12,570 nucleotides of DNA from Oligoflexales bacterium. GTDB taxonomy: Bacteria; Bdellovibrionota_B; Oligoflexia; Oligoflexales; CAIYRB01. Every line of letters begins with the position of its first letter. Position 1 is the first letter of the stretch. The translations under genes were made by a program, and so were the position numbers. The notes below the pieces were generated by a model. That model was not told the origin of the DNA and did not search any database. It worked only from the letters and a program-made list of their open reading frames with translations. The DNA lies in assembly GCA_041736175.1 (NCBI GenBank), contig JBGSUI010000139.1:1-12570 (forward strand), given 5' to 3'. Positions 1 to 6,723 of this stretch are shown one piece after another.

Positions 1-381
1 CTAAAAGACATAACCAACCTCATCTGAAGATGGTCAATGAATTTTTAGCAACGAGCGTCGCTTATCTTTTTCCATTGACCGTTCATACAAGACTTCGTTC
101 GGCATCTGTAGGGAGATCTTTAATCAAAAATAATTTATATCTATATTATGTTTGATTATAGTCTCTTACTAGGTCTCGCTCCCATGCCATTGGAGCCAAA
201 AAATTCACCTATTTGTGCAAAACCACCAGAATCTATGAATTATAAAGTTATTTTACCAGGTTGCGCAGGCTTCCCACGCAACAAATAAAAATCATTGATA
301 TTTTTAGGTCATTACAGATTTCCAAAAGATGCGACCCATGCTTCATTGATCATCGAAACAATGGCTCCGCCGGTGCAAGCG

Positions 382-1692
382 TTAGGATGCTCGTTTAGGC
401 ATCTGTTCGTCATCAAAGACTTCGGTAAACATCTCATCGACCGAGGTATGTTTCGTGGGCGGTGTGGCTCCACCGAGTGCTGGCTTCCGCCCCAGCTTAT
501 GGGCGACTGCTGCGGCGTTTTGTTTAGCCTTAATATAGTCAGGGTCTCGTTTGAAAGCGGTTTCAAAACACTCAAGAGCATTCTCAAAATCACTCTGTTT
601 ATACTGGGCAATCCCTAGATTATAGAGCAACCTTGCGACGATACGTCCTTGGGTGCCCGCAGCGCCGATAGCTGCCTTATAGAGGCTCTTCCCCTGGTCA
701 AACCGGTTTTGCCGTATGGATAGGATTGCCGAGTTATTAAACAAAGAAGCCATCTCCCTTGGGGTGGAGATCTGACGCATCAGACTGAGGGCCTCGTTGA
801 CATCCCCTTCTAGGAGTCTGCACTGAGCACGCCCTAGATTGGCGGCTTTGTTGTCCTGATCCAGGGACAACACTTCGTCAAAAGTGGACAGCGCCTCCTT
901 GATTCGATCTGCTTGGATAAAAGCTCGTCCGAGGTCGACGAGTCGCTCGACATTAAAGGGATTGATGATTTTAGTTGCCGTTAACACCGAAGCTGCTTCT
1001 TCAAACTGACCTTCATGCATCAGGCACCGGGCCTTGAGATGTTGGATTCTAAGGTTGTTTTGGTCGATGGCTAAAAGCATATCGACGAGGGCAGAAGCCT
1101 TATCCCAGGATTCATCTTGAATATAGTGTTCGGTCAATTCACACCCAACCCAGCTGTTTCCAGGAAAACGCGTCATCAGCTCGGCTAGGATTTGGCCTGC
1201 AGATTGAAAGTTGCCTCGTGACCTGGCCTCGGCCACGCGGGATAGCTGGACCCTAAGACTTTGCTCTTCAGATTCTTCCGCCATGATGGCGTCCATATGG
1301 GTCTGGATCGCTCCCCGTGAGATTTCCCCGGTATGGATACGGGACACATGGTACTCCGTGGCTATCGCCACGAGCTGGATATTCACTTCATGGGCGATTA
1401 AAAAGATGGGACGAGTGTCGCAGCTAAAGGCCCCTTGGGCCGCACCTAGGATTTGGCTAAGCTGGCGGCCGCCGAGATCCCAATCAACCACGAGGAGTGC
1501 TCGCGGGTACCGGCCTAAGTGTTCGAGACAGGATGCAATATTTTCGACGTTATAAAGTGTAGGGATCCCCACTTGTTTGATTTCTTGCCGGATGACCGGT
1601 CTAATGGCCGATCTTTCGATAAAGACGATGGCTTCGTCGATAGGCTTTTTACTAGTTGATACCATTGGGGGTTTAGACTGGATTTGGGCCAT
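382..1692 (-). CDS. Atypical response-regulator receiver domain + TPR repeat protein (436 aa)
   Basis: N-terminal ~120 aa shows a REC-like beta/alpha pattern (AIVFIE.., LLVVDWD, PIFLIA). C-terminal helical TPR-type repeats (e.g. LVDLGRAFIQADRIKEALSTFDEVLSLDQDN, LLYNLGIAQYKQSDFENALECFETAFKRDPDY). AGGA lies just upstream of the ATG. Confidence 0.85.
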   Translation of the reverse strand: MAQIQSKPPMVSTSKKPIDEAIVFIERSAIRPVIRQEIKQVGIPTLYNVENIASCLEHLGRYPRALLVVDWDLGGRQLSQILGAAQGAFSCDTRPIFLIAHEVNIQLVAIATEYHVSRIHTGEISRGAIQTHMDAIMAEESEEQSLRVQLSRVAEARSRGNFQSAGQILAELMTRFPGNSWVGCELTEHYIQDESWDKASALVDMLLAIDQNNLRIQHLKARCLMHEGQFEEAASVLTATKIINPFNVERLVDLGRAFIQADRIKEALSTFDEVLSLDQDNKAANLGRAQCRLLEGDVNEALSLMRQISTPREMASLFNNSAILSIRQNRFDQGKSLYKAAIGAAGTQGRIVARLLYNLGIAQYKQSDFENALECFETAFKRDPDYIKAKQNAAAVAHKLGRKPALGGATPPTKHTSVDEMFTEVFDDEQMPKRAS

Positions 1693-1737
1693 GGAGTCCT
1701 ACTGGATCTATTTGTATTTTTCTCTATATAGAAAACA

Positions 1738-1777
1738 TTTAGGTACCTGATACCCTATCGGATCCCAGGTGCCTAAA
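1738..1777. promoter_or_regulatory. 12-bp inverted repeat upstream of the REC-TPR gene (operator or hairpin)
   Basis: TTTAGGTACCTG (1738-1749) and CAGGTGCCTAAA (1766-1777) match 11/12 with a 16-nt loop; the loop contains TCCGATAG on the minus strand. Function is inferred. Confidence 0.4.
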
Positions 1778-1846
1778 GATGAGAATGGATGCAACAAAAA
1801 CAAAATATTTGTATTTGTAAAACCCAAATATCTACCCTAGAACCTT

Positions 1847-2046
1847 ATCCTATCAACACCTTTAAAAACATTCTATTCGCGAATAATCCCACTCATTGTA
1901 AAGTAAGAAGGGTAGATAAAACTCTGGCCTATGGATCCCGTGGCAATCCCCGAATCGGTTTTGATGGCGCATTTTGTGATTTTGATGGTGATAGTTGCAT
2001 ACTGGCTGCAAGACTGGGTGCCATGAGGCAGGCAGGTGGGGATGAC
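1847..2046. repeat. Direct repeat copy A: start-less duplicate of the 3' end of the lipoprotein gene (57 codons + stop at 1873-2046, minus strand) plus 26 bp of downstream flank
   Basis: Ungapped alignment to 3426-3625 (offset 1579). Mismatches only at 1852, 1863, 1975, 1976, 1980, 2025 and 2029; 1864-1974 is identical. An in-frame TAG lies a few codons upstream with no start codon in between. Confidence 0.97.
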
Positions 2047-2110
2047 AAAGCTTCGCCGGCTGCGCCACTAAAATTCCACGAGATTACAGGATTTTTCTCA
2101 AATTAAAAAA

Positions 2111-2153
2111 TAACATTGAAGTTAACTTAACTTTTATGTTAAAATTCCGATAA
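2111..2153 (+). promoter_or_regulatory. Promoter/operator of the NTase-HTH operon
   Basis: Imperfect palindrome TAACATTGAAGTTAA-C-TTAACTTTTATGTTA (2111-2141, 13/15) overlaps TTGAAG (2116-2121)-18 bp-TAAAAT (2140-2145, preceded by TGn). It also overlaps a sigma28-like TTAACTTT-N11-TCCGATAA (2127-2153). Confidence 0.65.
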
Positions 2154-2176
2154 GGCTCAGGGGAGGAGTGCGAAAA

Positions 2177-2758
2177 ATGTCGATTCCAGATCAATTCACT
2201 CACCAAGGCGTTCTTAAAAGCGGAACCTATGATGCGACATTCGCTGAAATTCGTTCCAGCATCTTGGTAACAGGTAATGGTTCCTCAACTTGGGACTCTG
2301 CATGGCGAAAAAAACTTCTCGATAACGCCGAGATTTTGACCAAAGAGCTTTGGGCAATTGGCATTCAAAGTGTTTTTTTGGACGGCTCTTTCGTAGAGGA
2401 TAAAGATCGGCCTAATGATATCGATGGTTACTTCGACACTGGACTAAGGTCGACGAGCCATGATTTACCAAAATTCGCAGCTATGATCCAAAACCTAAAC
2501 TTGGCAAATCCCCACAAAATATGGACCTGGGATCCATCAAAGAGAGTCAGCGTTTCCGGCTTTGCGAAAATGCAGCTACCAATGTGGGTACGGTATCGAG
2601 TCGAGCTTTATCCCCACCTTGGACAAATGTCAGGCATTAAAGATTCCCTGGGTAACGATCTGACTTTCCCCTCGGCATTCCGTCAATGCCGCTCATCTGG
2701 ATTAGCAAAAGGCATCATAAAAGTGGTTCCAGGAGGACAATCACATGATCAAAACTGA
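2177..2758 (+). CDS. DUF6932-like predicted nucleotidyltransferase (pol-beta/MNT-like fold), possible toxin
   Basis: Motif FLDGSFVEDKDRPNDIDGYFD fits the GS-x9-DxD nucleotidyltransferase signature; the N-terminus MSIPDQFTHQGVLKSG resembles DUF6932 as recalled. SD GGAGGAG at 2162-2168 favours ATG 2177 over GTG 2168. Confidence 0.75.
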   Translation: MSIPDQFTHQGVLKSGTYDATFAEIRSSILVTGNGSSTWDSAWRKKLLDNAEILTKELWAIGIQSVFLDGSFVEDKDRPNDIDGYFDTGLRSTSHDLPKFAAMIQNLNLANPHKIWTWDPSKRVSVSGFAKMQLPMWVRYRVELYPHLGQMSGIKDSLGNDLTFPSAFRQCRSSGLAKGIIKVVPGGQSHDQN

Positions 2759-3176
2759 ATCTGAATACAAAAGGGCTGTCGAGAAAGTACGAGAAGAGCG
2801 CCAGCGTACCGAAGCTGAACAAATTCGGTTAAAAAAAGAGGGTGTACCCGATGATTTGATCTCCTTAGCAATTGGTCCTCTAGCTTCATTTACAATGCAG
2901 CTTGAAGAAGAAATCAGTTTCTATGAGGGAATTAAACAGGGGGTATTTCCTGAGGTACACAACTTATCTGGTCTTGGGCGGATCCTGGTTGCTCTTCGCA
3001 TTAACAAGAATATTCCGCAAAAAGAACTCGCAAAAAAGCTCGGGGTCTCTGAAGCACAGGTCTCCCGTGACGAAAGAAACGAATATTTTGGAGCTTCCAT
3101 CGAAAAGATTAAAGCGGTATTGGATGCTCTTGAGGGAAACCTCATTTCAGAAATAGATATGCGGGTTCAAGCTTAG
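2745..3176 (+). CDS. XRE-family helix-turn-helix protein (HigA-like antitoxin/regulator, 143 aa)
   Basis: C-terminal Cro/C1 HTH LVALRINKNIPQKELAKKLGVSEAQVSRDERNEY; N-terminal MIKTESEY helix reminiscent of HigA-like antitoxins. AGGAGG at 2731-2736; overlaps the upstream gene by 14 nt. Confidence 0.85.
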   Translation: MIKTESEYKRAVEKVREERQRTEAEQIRLKKEGVPDDLISLAIGPLASFTMQLEEEISFYEGIKQGVFPEVHNLSGLGRILVALRINKNIPQKELAKKLGVSEAQVSRDERNEYFGASIEKIKAVLDALEGNLISEIDMRVQA

Positions 3177-3260
3177 TAAAAGCCCATGGCCAAGCGCTTA
3201 AACTTTTTTTAAATGGCGCTCACCAATTTTTCACCAATAACCCAGAATGTGGTTATGGTT

Positions 3261-3424
3261 AGTTACATTGGTCAATTTCTGACAACGTTCCAATGATTAG
3301 AAAGATTCGACTTCTAAGTGGTTCTCAAGTCTCAAAAACGTCCATTTACGAGACAACCCTGGAAGTTATACCCATAATGTAAAAAATACCTCATCTCACG
3401 TCTCATAATTTACTCTCTGTAACT
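3261..3424. other. Three related imperfect palindromes resembling serine-resolvase res subsites
   Basis: AGTTACA..TTCTGACA (3261-3284), GTCTC-N16-GAGAC (3329-3354; 10-bp arms match 8/10), CGTCTCA..TGTAACT (3399-3424). Resemblance to res sites is by eye. Confidence 0.3.
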
Positions 3425-3425
3425 A

Positions 3426-3625
3426 ATCCTTTCAACACCTTAAAAAACATTCTATTCGCGAATAATCCCACTCATTGTAAAGTAAGAAGGGTAGATAAAA
3501 CTCTGGCCTATGGATCCCGTGGCAATCCCCGAATCGGTTTTGATGGCGCATTTATTGACTTTGATGGTGATAGTTGCATACTGGCTGCAAGACTGGGTGC
3601 CATTAGGTAGGCAGGTGGGGATGAC
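3426..3625. repeat. Direct repeat copy B (expressed 3' end of the lipoprotein gene plus flank)
   Basis: 193/200 identical to 1847-2046. Confidence 0.97.
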
Positions 3626-5173
3626 GATATCTCCCGATGCATCGATGTCTCCTTGGTAAAAATCCATCAAAGCCGTATAACTTCCCGTTCGGTACGCTAG
3701 ATTGATCACATCATCTTTAGTCGCATTGAGCTCCCCCAGGGGCAGGTAGGTTTTCTGTAGGTCCAGGGGAACAGCGACGAGTCCGCCGTTGCTATAACAA
3801 GAATCCAGACTGACCGACTTTACCGTCCCTTTAGAGAGGGAATCAAACTGCGAAAGCAGAGTCTCAAGGAATGCTTTAGGGCGGGAATGCCCGTAGTAAA
3901 GGACTCGGGTCGGGTCGCTGAGACCAGTGATCCCGTCGGTTTCGGAGACTTCGCTTGGGTATTTATAATCTAGGGTTACGTAGGGAGGGTCTTTTAAGCT
4001 GAATTCTTTACACAGGGCGGCATCACCATTGTAAGTTGTGGGTTTACCTGTCGCGCGGTCGTAGCTGCATTGAGTCCAGTCTGAGAGCTTGACGCCCGCT
4101 CCCGTATACATACTAAAAGCAGGGGCAATCGTCGGCCGGATAGGGTAGGTTTCATCGAGGTTTCGACCACCGCTCGTGTCCGTGATTTTAAGGGACACCT
4201 TGGCTGCACCCACATCTGTTGGGAGCTTTACAGGTGTTAAGGCATCACAATCACCATTGAGCCAGTTTTGTTCGATGGTGTAGAGTTCTCCGGCTGCACC
4301 AAAATATCCCTGGAAGAAATTTCTGGTATTTTCGTAGTGTTGCTCATCAGTAAGTCCACCGGTTTCTTTGAAAATTGCCGCGGGGATGGAGGTGAAGGAT
4401 TTTAAACTCACAGTGCTCGTCACCCCTTCATAAACAGATGCAATGCTAATCGATGCCGATTTCAGGAGTTCTACTTTTTTATCAGCACCAACTTTTCCGT
4501 AAAAGACAAAAGGCTGTACAAAATAGCTTCCTGCAGGTGCTTTGACAGAAACACTGTTGGCTTTGTTAGTGTCATATTCGTGGCATTCCTGTGCAAAAAC
4601 CACAATAGCTTTCAAAAACAAATCAGGGTATTTGGCGGTCTTATTGGAGTTTGTAAACCCGCTGCTGCTGGTCGCGCCGGACTCGGTAATCTCTTCTATG
4701 GCAAGATCCTTGGGAGCATTGGTTTTCACTCCAATCAGATAGTCTCCCGACTCAGGGATTTCTCCAGTGATTTTGATCTCCTGTTCCCCAGCTCGAAAGT
4801 AATCCAACTCGGAGCCATCAGGCTTTAAGATATTGACTTCAATAGGCGCATCTTTAGGAGGTGCCTCAGACTGGGTTGCAGCGTCTAAATTAAGACTCGC
4901 AGATTTGATCTTAAAGGCTGTTGCAAATTTTTGACCTCCGGTCACTTTGATTTTTTTCAAAAAAAGATCGCCTTTTTGTGCTTTGGAGGGTTGAGGGGAA
5001 GAGGTCGTGCCTCCTGATGCCGACGTCACACCGCCGGACTCTTCGGCAGCGGGGTCTTCAGTGTCACTTGTAGAGCTACCGCACCCGGTAGTAAGTAGTG
5101 GCAAAGCCAAAAGGCTCAGACTTAAGGTTTGGATGTTGAATAGATTTGATGTTTGTTTTGATCTCGGTTTCAT
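3452..5173 (-). CDS. Predicted lipoprotein of unknown function (573 aa)
   Basis: Basic N-terminus, hydrophobic stretch and lipobox LTTG-C31; Ser/Thr/Gly-rich tether; PPC-like beta-sandwich segment (IEVNILKPDGSEL...IPESGDYLIGV); 8 further Cys. SD AAGGAG upstream of the ATG. Confidence 0.88.
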   Translation of the reverse strand: MKPRSKQTSNLFNIQTLSLSLLALPLLTTGCGSSTSDTEDPAAEESGGVTSASGGTTSSPQPSKAQKGDLFLKKIKVTGGQKFATAFKIKSASLNLDAATQSEAPPKDAPIEVNILKPDGSELDYFRAGEQEIKITGEIPESGDYLIGVKTNAPKDLAIEEITESGATSSSGFTNSNKTAKYPDLFLKAIVVFAQECHEYDTNKANSVSVKAPAGSYFVQPFVFYGKVGADKKVELLKSASISIASVYEGVTSTVSLKSFTSIPAAIFKETGGLTDEQHYENTRNFFQGYFGAAGELYTIEQNWLNGDCDALTPVKLPTDVGAAKVSLKITDTSGGRNLDETYPIRPTIAPAFSMYTGAGVKLSDWTQCSYDRATGKPTTYNGDAALCKEFSLKDPPYVTLDYKYPSEVSETDGITGLSDPTRVLYYGHSRPKAFLETLLSQFDSLSKGTVKSVSLDSCYSNGGLVAVPLDLQKTYLPLGELNATKDDVINLAYRTGSYTALMDFYQGDIDASGDIVIPTCLPNGTQSCSQYATITIKVNKCAIKTDSGIATGSIGQSFIYPSYFTMSGIIRE

Positions 5174-5221
5174 GGGACGTTCTCCTTTGTTTTTTGCGTT
5201 TAACTCGCACCCATAAAACTA

Positions 5222-5248
5222 GCTTCGGAGTTTGCCGCCAAAACTAAA
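5222..5248 (-). promoter_or_regulatory. Sigma28 (FliA)-like promoter of the lipoprotein gene
   Basis: Minus strand TTTAGTTT-N11-TCCGAAGC versus consensus TAAAGTTT-N11-GCCGATAA, ~50 bp upstream of the start. Confidence 0.45.
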
Positions 5249-5249
5249 A

Positions 5250-5285
5250 ATTTATAGTTGTTTAACTATAAATATTAACTAGTTA
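5250..5285. promoter_or_regulatory. AT-rich palindromes adjoining the promoter
   Basis: Perfect 10-bp inverted repeat ATTTATAGTT-GTTT-AACTATAAAT (5250-5273) and palindrome TAACTAGTTA (5276-5285). Confidence 0.4.
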
Positions 5286-5370
5286 TAAATTTTATATTTT
5301 GAGTGTTTTATGGGTTTGGCTAACCTTAACCTCTGGATTCCTAATAAAGTCGAACCTTTATGGGCTACTT

Positions 5371-6420
5371 CTAAACTAGTTCCTGCAAAGCCGTAAAGAT
5401 GAGTTGTTCGTCAGGAGTCCACAGGTGGCAGCTATTTAATTTCTCTAAATATTCCCGCTCGCCACCGGAGATTTTATGGTCGGCCAAGAGTGTCGCTAAC
5501 ATATAGACCATTGTCGAAAATCGATTGGGTTCGGGAATGGTTCTAAAGAGGTCCGTAGCCTGCTTCTGACACAGGCTTTTAAACTGGGTCACTTCCTGTT
5601 GGGTCACCGCAAACCGCTTAAAAAACACCTGTAGAATTGACCTTTCACCTTGGGTGTATTTTTTATCAAAAATCAAAAGCGCGCTTGCCAAAAGTGCCAA
5701 CATGGTCAGGATGACCGACCGATCCTTTCCAAGCCCCTCACCATAGAGGATAAGGGTTACTTCACGGCTGATCAGATTCAAATCGCGACGAAATTCATCA
5801 CCATCCTGATTTTTTGCCGCAAAGGGCAGATGGAGTCGTAGGGCTTTTAAAAGCCGGCTTTGCTGTTCAAGGGTCCCCTGCCCACGGGAAAGAAGGGCTG
5901 CTGCATAGGCAAACTTAAAGAAGGTGAGGCGGGTGTTTTTTTCTGGGAGGACTTTATTCCATTGATACTGGCTCAGGTCTCCAAAGAGGAGGTTGCAAGC
6001 GCGCCTCACTTGAGGCATCGAACCTAAATCTTCCTCCTGTATATTTTGACCTTGGGTTTTCGAAAACCTTGGGTTTTGGCAATAGGGCAAATCCCGCTGG
6101 GCCGCGGATTTTAGGGACTCGCTGATAAAGTTTGCAATATGGGCGTTGATCGTCAGCCGCTCGTTAGGATGAACGTCCACCGCACCGAGCTTTCCTAATA
6201 AAACGGCTATGGGCCGGGGTAGGACTAGTTTTTGATCCCATGACATCTCAAGGATGGCCCAGAGAGTCAAGCTGAGGCGCAGTGGATAATCCCGAAAGTC
6301 CTCGTTGCAGCCCAGGTCCCCTTCTGTCCCTATCACAGAGAGCCTTAACAGCGCATCGATGGACTGATCACTAAACAGGTTCACCATCTTCCAGTTCCTA
6401 GGCAGAGGGGTTGTTTCCAC
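5371..6420 (-). CDS. Hypothetical helical protein with a C-terminal TerB-like region (start uncertain)
   Basis: 349-codon ORF with two TerB-like motifs, LIFDKKYTQGERSIL and LLADHKISGGEREYLEKL (cf. ADG.I...E...L). No clear SD; the start could be the GTG at 6420 or the ATG 11 codons in. Confidence 0.6.
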   Translation of the reverse strand: METTPLPRNWKMVNLFSDQSIDALLRLSVIGTEGDLGCNEDFRDYPLRLSLTLWAILEMSWDQKLVLPRPIAVLLGKLGAVDVHPNERLTINAHIANFISESLKSAAQRDLPYCQNPRFSKTQGQNIQEEDLGSMPQVRRACNLLFGDLSQYQWNKVLPEKNTRLTFFKFAYAAALLSRGQGTLEQQSRLLKALRLHLPFAAKNQDGDEFRRDLNLISREVTLILYGEGLGKDRSVILTMLALLASALLIFDKKYTQGERSILQVFFKRFAVTQQEVTQFKSLCQKQATDLFRTIPEPNRFSTMVYMLATLLADHKISGGEREYLEKLNSCHLWTPDEQLIFTALQELV

Positions 6421-6511
6421 AAGTGAATAACTAACGATACGCCGGATTCCCTGATTTTTCTAGTGTAGCTAGAGCAGTTTCAGCGTGGTAGTCTTTATCC
6501 TGGCCCTTTGC

Positions 6512-6673
6512 CTGGCTCTCTCGTCCTATTTAAGAAAAGAGAGAGAAATGAGTTTTTATGGGGACGACGACTTTATCCCTACGGAGCAGTATAAGCTCAC
6601 GGATGCGCAGTGGTGCATTAACGAAGTGGACTGGTTGCTCCAAGTTGTAGATGGTTTAAACACAAAGAGGTAA
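6512..6673 (+). pseudogene. 5'-truncated HEPN-domain gene remnant
   Basis: LSSYLRKEREMSFYGDDDFIPTEQYKLTDAQWCINEVDWLL matches the recalled C-terminal half of small MNT-associated HEPN proteins (R-x4-Y-G, FIPTE.Y...DA). The N-terminal half and any SD are absent. The left boundary is approximate. Confidence 0.7.
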
Positions 6674-6723
6674 GAGATGCCTTGCTGCTTCCGAGATTGC
6701 TCTATGAGGAAACGCTGATTTTT

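Larger units (their letters stand above)
2047..3425. mobile_element. Putative small genomic islet (NTase + HTH cargo) between 200-bp direct repeats
   Basis: Bounded by the two repeat copies; carries a self-contained two-gene operon in the opposite orientation to both neighbours; no recombinase gene inside. Confidence 0.6.

Noticed and set aside
1..300. Possible gene fragment at the window start
   Set aside because: Only short open frames with no recognisable motif; cannot be resolved without flanking sequence.
381..387. Integron attC core (TCCTAAC at the stop codon on the minus strand)
   Set aside because: No matching GTTAGG-type partner or attC stem found downstream; no integrase.
295..1555. 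ORFs 295-618, 312-611 and 1211-1555
   Set aside because: Shadow ORFs overlapping the well-supported REC-TPR gene.
1789..2106. ORFs 1789-2106 (+) and 1862-2068 (-)
   Set aside because: Antisense or off-frame readings of the duplicated lipoprotein tail with no protein-like features.
1847..3625. Complete diversity-generating retroelement (copy A = TR, copy B = VR)
   Set aside because: No reverse transcriptase or avd-like gene in the window; adenine mismatches run in both directions; the repeat is not rich in AAY codons and 111 bp are invariant.
6485..6673. Intact 62-aa secreted peptide
   Set aside because: The hydrophobic start has no SD and looks fortuitous; the remainder is better explained as a HEPN C-terminal fragment.
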